Source: Nitrosopumilus sp. (lineage in GTDB: Archaea > Thermoproteota > Nitrososphaeria > Nitrososphaerales > Nitrosopumilaceae). From it: a stretch of 64,000 nucleotides of DNA. Each line of letters starts with the position of its first letter. The stretch's first letter is position 1. Below are positions 30,599 through 39,138 of this stretch, in pieces. The notes beneath the pieces are model-generated. The model saw only the letters and a program-made list of their open reading frames with translations. It ran no database searches and was not told the DNA's origin. Made by a program: the position numbers and the translations under genes. The DNA lies in the NCBI GenBank assembly GCA_016125975.1, contig JAEFCZ010000006.1:4628-68627 (forward strand), in the 5' to 3' direction.

Positions 30599-30669
30599 AA
30601 AAGACAAGAGTATGAACAAGGAACCCCCCGTTAACACACTCTCTCATAATGCGACCCGCATTACTTACC
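30599..30669 (-). ncRNA. candidate DUF3800-associated small RNA (two hairpins, U-tract)
   Basis: TTTATA box at 30693-30688; hairpin UAAUGCG/CGCAUUA; long hairpin AGAGUGUG.../...CAUACUCU whose G-U pairs form only on the minus strand; ends UCUUUU. Confidence 0.65.
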
Positions 30670-30850
30670 ATATAGTACCGTACTCGGTATAAATTATTAT
30701 CGAACCAATAATTCTACATTTGATAGCTAGTTCAATTCATTTTTTACATTTGTTTGTGTCTAAATTACCCTCAAAATCTATTTCTGGAATAGTACATTTA
30801 ACACAAAATCAGATACTATGCTTAAGTTTCAAAATTACATAGAATAATCA

Positions 30851-31324
30851 TTGTCAGATTATAGACCAAAGCATACAATTTTTGATAAAGAAAAATTCTT
30901 AGAAGAAAGGTCAAAGCTTGGAGGGTTAGCTCAAGAAGGTATGAAAACTACTGGAGGAACTGACATTGATTGGGTAATTGAGCATAGAGGCGGTTTTATT
31001 GTAATGGAAAACAAAACTTTCTCAAAAGATTGGATTAGACTCCCAGTAGGACAAATGATAACGTTTGGACAAATGTACAAGAAACTAAATGCAGATGGTA
31101 AATGTCATTTTCTAATTTTTGGGTTTGAATCTGATGTTGATTTTAAGAATCCTGAATCATTAGCTTGGTATTTTGATATGGAAGATTGGAAAAATGGAAA
31201 AATTTGTTCTAATAGAACAATTTCATTCAAAAAATTCGGAGTTCATAGAAGAGAAATGACCAAAATAACCTTGAAAGAATATAGAGAATTAATGGAAAAA
31301 TACTGGAAAGAATTTGAAAAATAA
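30851..31324 (+). CDS. PD-(D/E)XK nuclease-fold protein
   Basis: TDIDWVIEHRGGFIVMENK matches D-x-D...E-x-K. Confidence 0.7.
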   Translation: MSDYRPKHTIFDKEKFLEERSKLGGLAQEGMKTTGGTDIDWVIEHRGGFIVMENKTFSKDWIRLPVGQMITFGQMYKKLNADGKCHFLIFGFESDVDFKNPESLAWYFDMEDWKNGKICSNRTISFKKFGVHRREMTKITLKEYRELMEKYWKEFEK

Positions 31325-31371
31325 AAAATGTAAATCAAAACCTTTTTTCATACATAATTAAAGAAATATCA

Positions 31372-31971
31372 TTGAAAGAAGAAACTGATGATGTGATTGA
31401 TCTAGGTTTTGAGGATTATAAGAAAGCAATGAAAATTTTTAATGATGAAGAATTACCCACAAAAGATCCTCAAGAATTGCATTGGAGAGAACAACAAATT
31501 TTAGCACAAAGAATGTTTGATGATGGCCATACAATACAGGCTGTGATTATTCTTCACGGATTAATTGAAATTGAATTGAATAGAATTTGGATAATGATGT
31601 TAATTTGTAAAAGCAATGGAGATATTGAAAAAGTTGATCTTAAAGAAAGACATTATCTAGATTTAGTTGAATATTTTGAAAAAGAAAAAATTTTGGAGGA
31701 AAAAATGATTATAGACCTTAAGGAGTTTAATCAATTAAGGAACAGATTATCTCATAATCTCTATGGAATTAAACAAAGAACTCCGCATAAAACAGAATTG
31801 AAAAACAAATTTGAGCTTGGATTGTTAGTCTCTGGTTCTCTTCCAGTATTAGAATTGAAATATTTACATGATCAAGGAAAGAATAACGCCTTTGCAAAAA
31901 GATTCTTTGAAGCATTACAGGAAGAATCTGAAAAAGAATTAGAAGAAAAATATGGGGATAAACTTCTGTAA
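31372..31971 (+). CDS. HEPN-like domain protein
   Basis: Helical; AVIILHGLIE and FNQLRNRLSH (RxxxxH) motifs. Confidence 0.65.
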   Translation: MKEETDDVIDLGFEDYKKAMKIFNDEELPTKDPQELHWREQQILAQRMFDDGHTIQAVIILHGLIEIELNRIWIMMLICKSNGDIEKVDLKERHYLDLVEYFEKEKILEEKMIIDLKEFNQLRNRLSHNLYGIKQRTPHKTELKNKFELGLLVSGSLPVLELKYLHDQGKNNAFAKRFFEALQEESEKELEEKYGDKLL

Positions 31972-32072
31972 GCGTCCATTTCTATCCCCAAGAAAGGTTC
32001 AGACCTTTACGGATTCCAATCTATAGATCTTCCAAATTTTCAATCTGATTCATTCTAAAGGAAAATCTATTT

Positions 32073-32972
32073 TTATTTCCTTTTTACTATGTGTAATTCT
32101 TTTACCCTATTACGGATAGTCACAGCACTTATTCCAGAAATTTGAGCAATCCTTGTCTGTGAAACTTTCTCATGGTTATCTTGTATTGCGAGATAAACTG
32201 CAGCAGCTGCCATAGACATTGGATGCTTGCCAGACGTTATCCCTTTTTTCTGACTAAATTCCAGAATCTTTCTTGCATCTCGTTTTGTTTTTTCAGATAT
32301 GCCAGCTTCACTAGATATGCGAGATACAAATTCTTCTGGACTATAAGATGCTGATTGAACCGCATCAAGATTTGCAGATAAGAGGCGATAGACACGTTGA
32401 ATTACTTTCTTTTTTATTCCTGCAGCATCTGAAATGTCCTTTAACGTTCTGGGGGTATCGGTAATTCGACATGCCATGTATACCACTGCACACAACACCG
32501 ACTGGTTTGAACGACCATGTAGCAATCCCTTCTGTTCTACTTTTCTAAATAGATATGCTGATTTTTCTACAACATGCTCAGGTAATCCCAGTTTCGAGCG
32601 TATTCCATCAAGAAATGTAAATGCCTTGATGTATGATTGCTTGGTAAGTGCAGATCTACTATTTCTATCCCACATTCTTAGACGATAAAATGATCTCTTG
32701 TTTTGTCCTGATAGGGATTTTCCAGAAGAATCTCTGTTCTGAGCTTGAATTAAAGTAGACAACCCCATATCTGCCATTTTTAATGACATTTTTTGTCCCG
32801 TCCTTGCATTTTTCTGATATTCATCTGTCGTTTGAGCAGTATTTTCTGGTCCAAAATCAATGGCTTTTTCAAATAATACGACTCCACAATTACCACACAC
32901 TATCTCTCCAGTAATTGCATCTGTAACTTTGAAAAAATGCATACATGTATTATCCAAACGATTTATAGTCAT
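32073..32972 (-). CDS. tfb: transcription initiation factor IIB paralogue on the mobile element
   Basis: TGEIVCGNCG Zn ribbon, B-reader RLRMWD, two cyclin repeats, C-terminal HTH SQTRIAQISGISAVTIRNR. Confidence 0.95.
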   Translation of the reverse strand: MTINRLDNTCMHFFKVTDAITGEIVCGNCGVVLFEKAIDFGPENTAQTTDEYQKNARTGQKMSLKMADMGLSTLIQAQNRDSSGKSLSGQNKRSFYRLRMWDRNSRSALTKQSYIKAFTFLDGIRSKLGLPEHVVEKSAYLFRKVEQKGLLHGRSNQSVLCAVVYMACRITDTPRTLKDISDAAGIKKKVIQRVYRLLSANLDAVQSASYSPEEFVSRISSEAGISEKTKRDARKILEFSQKKGITSGKHPMSMAAAAVYLAIQDNHEKVSQTRIAQISGISAVTIRNRVKELHIVKRK

Positions 32973-33006
32973 ATGATAACAATTGGCATTGATTGAATTT
33001 TAACCA

Positions 33007-33030
33007 TAAGTGATTTTTTGTATAGTGCTA
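33007..33030 (-). promoter_or_regulatory. variant bipartite motif upstream of tfb (TAGCACTAT / AATCACTTA)
   Basis: Followed on the minus strand by TTAAAAT (33003-32997), 25 nt before the ATG. Confidence 0.5.
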
Positions 33031-33089
33031 AATCCAAAAACACAAAATTATTATCACTACTAAAAAAATAAATTTTGAGAATTAACGCC

Positions 33090-33647
33090 CTAATTCTTCA
33101 AATTTATTTTGATCTTCAATTTCTGGTTAATGTTTTCAATTACTTTAGATATTACAGTTGGACTATATGAAAAAAATCCTTTGTACTTTCCATCTCCCAT
33201 ATTTTCTGCAACCAAACCGAATGGACCTTTTGGACCCCGTGTTAGTACAATCCACATATCTGAAATGTTGGTTCCGTCACAACTGACTACATCTGTGGTT
33301 TTTGGAGGTTGAGGTGCTAGATGAGGATTGTTGAAATTGCCAATTATCCATGCCTTTGGAATTTTTTCAAGGATTTCTGTATAATGGTCTTTTACATACT
33401 TGTATCTCTCATCTGTTTCAAATGTGGCAACAAGCGGTGCATTATATTTTACCGCATAGTTTTCAAGCAGGATACTCAGTCGATATAGCTCTTTTCTTCC
33501 TTCTATGAAATTGACATACCCTGCATCAATGTATTCACTTAATTTCCATAAGATGTTGTGATCGGACAAATCAGTTAATTTTGTATCTGCCAGTCCTGAA
33601 AAATTTGACCAAATTTCTTGTATGAAACTACTGTATTGTTGACTCAT
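33090..33647 (-). CDS. DICT sensory-domain protein (paralogue 1)
   Basis: LS.LLE..A......LVATFE...Y..I, W.VLT.GP.G..GL.AE and GFFS.SP pattern. Confidence 0.75.
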   Translation of the reverse strand: MSQQYSSFIQEIWSNFSGLADTKLTDLSDHNILWKLSEYIDAGYVNFIEGRKELYRLSILLENYAVKYNAPLVATFETDERYKYVKDHYTEILEKIPKAWIIGNFNNPHLAPQPPKTTDVVSCDGTNISDMWIVLTRGPKGPFGLVAENMGDGKYKGFFSYSPTVISKVIENINQKLKIKINLKN

Positions 33648-33668
33648 GTGATTGTTTTGTACTTTTGA

Positions 33669-33703
33669 TATTTAACTAGTGATAAAATTATTTTCTAGTG
33701 CTA
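33669..33703 (-). promoter_or_regulatory. bipartite motif TAGCACTAG-N10-TATCACTAG abutting TTAAATA
   Basis: TATA box 22 nt upstream of ATG 33647; same architecture at 36813 and 38906. Confidence 0.75.
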
Positions 33704-33714
33704 ATTTTGTTAGG

Positions 33715-34260
33715 TTACTGAAGTGTAAATTTTGTACCCAAAATTTTACTCATCTTGCTAACTGCATGTCTGCAAACATTAGGATTAAGTGTGAAAAATC
33801 CTCTAAATTTACCACTTTCATATTCTTCAGCTATCAACCCAAATGGGCCGTATGGTCCTCTAGTAATTACACTCCAGACATCAATTAGAGGTGTATTTTT
33901 ACAATTAATCACATCAATTTTTGGTGGGGTGTCAATCTTTGTTTTACCATAATCTGCAACAACAGTAATTTTAGGAATTTGTTCAATCATTCTTTGATAT
34001 CTTTTTTCTACAAATTTGTATCGTGCAATTTTCTCAAAACTTGCTAGCAATGGTTGATTGTTTTCTTGAGCATATTTTTCAATTAGTTTACTAATATGGA
34101 ATAATTGCTTTCTTTTTGCGTGAAAATTATGATACCCTGCTTCGATAAATTTATCCATGCTCCACATTGAAAGAAGTGATGGATCATCATCATGCCATTC
34201 TGCAAGTTGTGGAAAATCTTCCCAAACTTCGCCTACAAAACCTTCATACTTTCCATGCAT
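33715..34260 (-). CDS. DICT sensory-domain protein (paralogue 2)
   Basis: Clear tandem paralogue of 33090-33647 (shared RGP.GPFGL.AE and GFF motifs). Confidence 0.75.
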   Translation of the reverse strand: MHGKYEGFVGEVWEDFPQLAEWHDDDPSLLSMWSMDKFIEAGYHNFHAKRKQLFHISKLIEKYAQENNQPLLASFEKIARYKFVEKRYQRMIEQIPKITVVADYGKTKIDTPPKIDVINCKNTPLIDVWSVITRGPYGPFGLIAEEYESGKFRGFFTLNPNVCRHAVSKMSKILGTKFTLQ

Positions 34261-34359
34261 ATATTTGGAAAGTTTAAAATCAGATATAAGTTAATCTTTC
34301 AATCTTGATGATTTTAATTCTAACAAATTGTTTTTATGTTGTAAAATCACATCTCATAC

Positions 34360-34764
34360 ATGGGACGATATGAAAAAGTTCTCAATATGTTAATGGATTA
34401 TGATGAATCCATTAGACTTGCAATCATTAGTAATACTTCAGGCGACATATTATGGAATTCAAAAAGATCTGCTGCAAAACTTCAAGTCCCAATAACTGAA
34501 ACTAAGAAAGCATTAAAACGTGAATCCGAAGATTGGATTGACAGATGTAAGGCAGCAGACCGCACTGCATTGGGAGCCCCATTATACCATATCACATCTT
34601 TTGAAAAAACAAAAAGAGTAACTCTTCCAATTGATGCATTTCATTTGTTATTTTTGAGTGTCGATAACACACCTATGAAAAATACAAAAAAGAAAAGTTA
34701 TGGGCGAATGGTTGAGATGGGAAAAATTCTATCCATTGTAGATTTTGTAAATACGTTTGAATAG
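34360..34764 (+). CDS. DUF6659-like roadblock/longin-fold protein
   Basis: YEK.L.ML.D.D..IR.A...G...SFEK..R.T.P pattern. Confidence 0.7.
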   Translation: MGRYEKVLNMLMDYDESIRLAIISNTSGDILWNSKRSAAKLQVPITETKKALKRESEDWIDRCKAADRTALGAPLYHITSFEKTKRVTLPIDAFHLLFLSVDNTPMKNTKKKSYGRMVEMGKILSIVDFVNTFE

Positions 34765-34870
34765 AAATTTAAATTTTAATCGTTTCTATCAAGTCTTGTT
34801 TTTTGGAATTAATTTTAACACTAGACTAAAAATTTGCAATATTTATTAACAGAAATGTATCATAATATTT

Positions 34871-35275
34871 GTGGATAAATACGAAAAACTCCTTGACATG
34901 TTAATGGATTTTGATGATATCGTTAGATTTGCAGCCGTAACTGATCAAAATGGGGAAATTTTATGGAACAGCCAGAGAACAGGATTGAAAAACATTGTTC
35001 CAGTTTCTGAAACCAAACAAACTATTTCAAGAGCACTAAATGCTTGGAGAGAAAATGCAGGAGTTAAGAAAAACATAGGTTCAGGATTGTACTCTATTGC
35101 ATCATATGAAAAAATTAAGAGGATTACCGTTCCTTTGGATGATGGCAAATTATTGTTTTGTAGTGTAAGTAACCAACCGTTAAAATCTGCTTTGACTAAA
35201 AGAAAAAGCTATGGCCATCTTGCAGATATGGGCAAAATTCTATCCATAGTAGATTTCATCAAATCCCAAAAATGA
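34871..35275 (+). CDS. DUF6659-like roadblock/longin-fold protein (tandem paralogue)
   Basis: Shares MGKILSIVDF C-terminus and overall pattern with 34360-34764. Confidence 0.7.
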   Translation: MDKYEKLLDMLMDFDDIVRFAAVTDQNGEILWNSQRTGLKNIVPVSETKQTISRALNAWRENAGVKKNIGSGLYSIASYEKIKRITVPLDDGKLLFCSVSNQPLKSALTKRKSYGHLADMGKILSIVDFIKSQK

Positions 35276-35411
35276 GAAAATAAAATTTATTGGTAAAAAC
35301 TTTTTTTAAATATTAAGATGAAAAAACCAATTTGATTGTCTTTTATTTTTCAAGATTTTCAGCATACCTTGTTTCAACAGAGTTGATGCATTTCTCATGC
35401 TGATTTTTCAT

Positions 35412-36194
35412 CTAAGACCAAGTCACAACTTTTTCTCCATGTTTAGAAAAAGCTAAAAACAATCCCAATGTTATACGTCTATTTGCTCTCACAGGAAGTA
35501 TCTCGTGATAATAAATTGGATTAATTATCACCAAATCCCCTTGGTTTGGCTTTATCTTCACAGATTGATTGCAATCTGAAATCACGTCTTTTGAATATCC
35601 AAAATCAATATTACGAAACTTTTCATCTGATTTTTTCCATGATTTTTTGTGCAGTACTAATTCTCCTCCTTTTTGGGATTGTTGAATGTATAATACAGTA
35701 GAAAGTTGTATTGGAAATTTAGAAACATCGAAATTTCTTGCTTCAAAACTTGCATTGTCTCTATGTATTGGAGCAAAATCTCCTAACTCATGCAGTCTGA
35801 TTACTCCGCAAGCATATTTTTTCCCAGTTTCAACTGCAATTGTGACCTGTTTTCCAGGAAAGAACACTTCTAATGTCTTGTGAATTTTTTTCCTTGGGTC
35901 CTCCAATCCTGAAAAAACCTGACGTACTGTTTTTCTTAATGCATCAGCTTGAGTAAAATATTCTGCTTTTCTAGAAATAAATGATACAAGTGAAACACCT
36001 ATTTTTTTCATTTTTTTATTACTTTCAAAAGCCCTTATCTCAATTCTTTTGGATATTGTTTTACATGAATCGTTATTGTAAAAATTTCTAATTATTAATG
36101 CAGGTGAATCTCCCGTAATGATTTTCTCTAATGAATTTTTATTTTGAGTTATATCTTTGTACTCTATTTCTATTGGATTCCATTGTAAATCCAT
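35412..36194 (-). CDS. 2OG-Fe(II) oxygenase superfamily protein
   Basis: HRD...H facial triad, GGEL, PNQGDL...YYHEI and RRIT motifs. Confidence 0.8.
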   Translation of the reverse strand: MDLQWNPIEIEYKDITQNKNSLEKIITGDSPALIIRNFYNNDSCKTISKRIEIRAFESNKKMKKIGVSLVSFISRKAEYFTQADALRKTVRQVFSGLEDPRKKIHKTLEVFFPGKQVTIAVETGKKYACGVIRLHELGDFAPIHRDNASFEARNFDVSKFPIQLSTVLYIQQSQKGGELVLHKKSWKKSDEKFRNIDFGYSKDVISDCNQSVKIKPNQGDLVIINPIYYHEILPVRANRRITLGLFLAFSKHGEKVVTWS

Positions 36195-36479
36195 CTAATA
36201 TCCGCCTTGTCCTGAGTGTGAAACAACTGATGTGAGAGTTCCATCATTTTCTTTGTCTTTAATTTCACATTTCACAAATGTTCCGCCTAAATTTTCTTCT
36301 ATTTGCTCTTTTGTACACTCTTTGGGATCAACAGGGAGACTCATTATGTCTGTTTGAATAATATTTATTTTCTCAATTTCCGAATAGTCGTTTTTGTTTC
36401 CATCTTTTTTGTGTGTTACATTTAACTCAAAAATCTGACCTGACAAAACTTTTCCTACATTTCCCCAAATTATATCCAT
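36195..36479 (-). CDS. hypothetical protein
   Basis: GGAGG upstream of the ATG; abuts the oxygenase gene. Confidence 0.65.
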   Translation of the reverse strand: MDIIWGNVGKVLSGQIFELNVTHKKDGNKNDYSEIEKINIIQTDIMSLPVDPKECTKEQIEENLGGTFVKCEIKDKENDGTLTSVVSHSGQGGY

Positions 36480-36526
36480 AACCTCCTTTGTATTTTCTAA
36501 TATTTATCAAACAAATTTTTTGCAAT

Positions 36527-36555
36527 CTAGTGGTAACTCATTGAACTTAGTGATA
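36527..36555 (-). promoter_or_regulatory. variant direct repeat TATCACTAA / TACCACTAG upstream of the 36479 gene
   Basis: 20-nt spacing; about 19 nt further from the TATA box than the canonical copies. Confidence 0.45.
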
Positions 36556-36631
36556 ACATTTAGAATTCATTATTGGATGATTTTAGGGATTCATAGTGTA
36601 CAACAATAATTTATCACATGAATAGAAATGA

Positions 36632-36763
36632 TCAAACAGTGTATTGATAGATTTTACACGATACATCTAACATCTCACAATCAATTGAACAAAACTGGCT
36701 TTGTCTATCGTGAAATTCCTCTTTACAAGTCGTGCACTTGTTTGCAACTTTAAACTTTATCAA
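36632..36763 (-). CDS. 43-aa TRASH-like zinc-binding protein (missed by ORF track)
   Basis: MIKFKVANKCTTCKEEFHDRQSQFCSIDCEMLDVSCKIYQYTV; CxxC...FCSxxC motif. Confidence 0.55.
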   Translation of the reverse strand: MIKFKVANKCTTCKEEFHDRQSQFCSIDCEMLDVSCKIYQYTV

Positions 36764-36812
36764 AAACAATTATCCTTGTTTGCATATAAGGTGGAGATAA
36801 AAAATCAATTGT

Positions 36813-36847
36813 TAGCACTAGTCTAAATATTATCACTAGGTTAAATA
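36813..36847 (+). promoter_or_regulatory. bipartite motif TAGCACTAG-N9-TATCACTAG-G-TTAAATA
   Basis: TATA box 22 nt upstream of ATG 36869. Confidence 0.75.
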
Positions 36848-36868
36848 TGATAAATAGAAAATCAACAT

Positions 36869-37054
36869 ATGGCTGAAGAACAAGAATGGGCAAATTTGCT
36901 TGCAGAAGTTTTTGACAAACTCACTGAGAAACACGCCACAATCACTTATGATTTTGGAAATCTTGAGATGAAAGGTAAGGTTGAAAGAAATGGCAAAGTA
37001 ATCCCAACAGGAACAGTTACCTTATCAGGGAAACTGACCATTACTGCAAAATAA
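36869..37054 (+). CDS. small hypothetical protein
   Basis: Clean 61-aa ORF downstream of the motif promoter. Confidence 0.7.
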   Translation: MAEEQEWANLLAEVFDKLTEKHATITYDFGNLEMKGKVERNGKVIPTGTVTLSGKLTITAK

Positions 37055-37061
37055 AGAGGAT

Positions 37062-37433
37062 GTGGGAATGAAAGAAACTAATCTCCCCGTCAATTTTTTA
37101 TCTTCTCTTGAAAGCGGAAACTTGACTATACTTGCTGATGACATTCCATCAATTAATTTCACTGCAACAAAAAATATTCGAACAATTGACATCATTGATA
37201 TTCCAATTAAAATTTCAGACAAGCCAGGATTGATAAAACAATTATCAGAAGCAAAGGGACTTGCAAAAAAACTAAAACAACAAAACATTACACTTGAAGT
37301 TAAATTGAAAGGAGAAACTGTTCTTAAACTGGGAGAAAAAGCAAATCCAAAACTTGCAAAGATCATTACACTCAGCAGTGATATAGAAATTACTGATTTG
37401 AAAAAACTAAAAAAATTAAGCGATGCGATTTAA
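37062..37433 (+). CDS. hypothetical protein
   Basis: Operonic with 36869-37054. Confidence 0.7.
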   Translation: MGMKETNLPVNFLSSLESGNLTILADDIPSINFTATKNIRTIDIIDIPIKISDKPGLIKQLSEAKGLAKKLKQQNITLEVKLKGETVLKLGEKANPKLAKIITLSSDIEITDLKKLKKLSDAI

Positions 37434-37486
37434 TTTGAATTATACTCGAATTTAATTATGAGAATAATAGATTAAAAGATTGAAGA

Positions 37487-38866
37487 ATGTCTCAAAAATC
37501 AACCACAAACATTGCTACACAAAATAAACCATATAATATTCTAGTTACGGGTGCGACTGGATTTATCGGAACTCGCCTTATATCATATTTTTCAGATCGT
37601 GGATATAAAATAAAAGGAATGTCTAGAAGAAAAATTTCCGATTCAAATAATGTAAAGTATGTTCAAGCTGATGTTTTTGATCAAAACAAACTTGAAAGAG
37701 CATTGGATGGGATCGAGGTTGCATATTATTTACTCCATTCTATGGAGGGAAGTAAAGAACACTGGAAAGAATTTGCATCTAGGGAAAGAATTCAGGCAAG
37801 GAATTTTCTTCAAGCAGCAACCAAAGTTGGAGTTAAAAGAATAATCTATCTTGGTGGCTTAGTCAATGATAGTCTTGATTTATCTCCACACATGAAGAGT
37901 CGTAAAGAGGTAGGTGAAATTCTAGCATCAGGAAATATTCCAGTAACTGAACTTCGAGCATCATTGATCATTGGAGCTCAAGGAGGATCTTATGCTATGT
38001 TAAGATATTTGGTAGAAAGATTGCCTGTCATGGTTTGTCCTTCATGGGTAAAATCCATTGCACAACCAATAGCAGTTGATGATGTTATATCATATTTGGC
38101 CGGATGCATGGAACATTCAGAGACTACAGGCAAGATCTACGAAATAGGAGGTAAAGACAAAATGACATATGAACAACTCATGAGAGTTTATGCCAAATAC
38201 CTTGACAAGAAACTTTTTGTAATCCAAATTCCTTTTCTTACAACTAGACTTTCCTCATATTGGGTTGATTTGATAACTCCAGTAAAGGCTTCTCTTGCTA
38301 GACCTTTGATTGATAGCCTAGTTCATGATACAGTAGTTACTGATGATTCAATAATTAAGATAATTCCATTACAACTCAAATCAGTTAGGGAATCTATTGA
38401 TATTGCAACAAAAGAAATCAGGAACAATCCTCCAGAAATTCCTCCAAAAGAAGAACGTTCTGGATTCAAAATTAATCAAAATCTTTTATGTGCAGTACTA
38501 ATTGCCATGGCAATAGTTGGAACTACTTATTATTGGCTTGATGACAGGCCAGAAATTTTTGAGCCTCTTTGGATCTTAGGTGGAATATTATGGTATATTA
38601 CAATAATATTTGCAATAATTTTTGTCAGAAACAAAACTCGATTAGGATTTCTCATAGCAGGAATAGTGTCTTGGATAACTTTGGTGTTTTGGTTGTTTGA
38701 TAACTTTTATGTTTTATTTGATGCTTCTTTGATAATTGTTCAACCAAATGAATTGATTACTATTAGAAATTTTATTTGGGCTGCTCTATCTGCACTTGCA
38801 GTAATTGCCTCCCATAATACATTTCACAAGATTATTGATTATCAATACAAAGGAAGACCTGTCTAG
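37487..38866 (+). CDS. atypical SDR (YbjT-like) NAD(P)-binding protein with C-terminal TM helices
   Basis: VTGATGFIG, YYLLHS, IYLGG and QPIAVDDV motifs; four C-terminal TM helices. Confidence 0.85.
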   Translation: MSQKSTTNIATQNKPYNILVTGATGFIGTRLISYFSDRGYKIKGMSRRKISDSNNVKYVQADVFDQNKLERALDGIEVAYYLLHSMEGSKEHWKEFASRERIQARNFLQAATKVGVKRIIYLGGLVNDSLDLSPHMKSRKEVGEILASGNIPVTELRASLIIGAQGGSYAMLRYLVERLPVMVCPSWVKSIAQPIAVDDVISYLAGCMEHSETTGKIYEIGGKDKMTYEQLMRVYAKYLDKKLFVIQIPFLTTRLSSYWVDLITPVKASLARPLIDSLVHDTVVTDDSIIKIIPLQLKSVRESIDIATKEIRNNPPEIPPKEERSGFKINQNLLCAVLIAMAIVGTTYYWLDDRPEIFEPLWILGGILWYITIIFAIIFVRNKTRLGFLIAGIVSWITLVFWLFDNFYVLFDASLIIVQPNELITIRNFIWAALSALAVIASHNTFHKIIDYQYKGRPV

Positions 38867-38905
38867 TGATTTTAGTGAAATTATCTTTTGTACCTAAAGT
38901 AATTT

Positions 38906-38940
38906 TAGCACTAGATAGAAATTTTATCACTAGTTAAATA
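38906..38940 (+). promoter_or_regulatory. bipartite motif TAGCACTAG-N10-TATCACTAG abutting TTAAATA
   Basis: TATA box 21-22 nt upstream of ATG 38962. Confidence 0.75.
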
Positions 38941-38961
38941 ATATTTTGGCCAAGTATAACT

Positions 38962-39138
38962 ATGAATTTACAGTATATCGACAGAAAAGAACTAGTGGCT
39001 GATTGCCCTAATTGTAGGAGACAATCGCTTGTACTGGTGACTACAATGAAATCCAAAGGCAAGGATTTGTTGGCATGTAAAAGTTGTAAAATGGCAATAT
39101 TAGTGCAGGAACTCAAAAAACAACTGTTTACAGTCTAA
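38962..39138 (+). CDS. 58-aa zinc-ribbon protein (missed by ORF track)
   Basis: MNLQYIDRKELVADCPNC...LACKSC...; stop overlaps the next start (TAATG). Confidence 0.75.
   Translation: MNLQYIDRKELVADCPNCRRQSLVLVTTMKSKGKDLLACKSCKMAILVQELKKQLFTV

Noticed and set aside
38934-39116. 60-aa minus-strand ORF from the track
   Set aside because: It is the shadow of the plus-strand 58-aa zinc-ribbon gene, which has a promoter and translational coupling.
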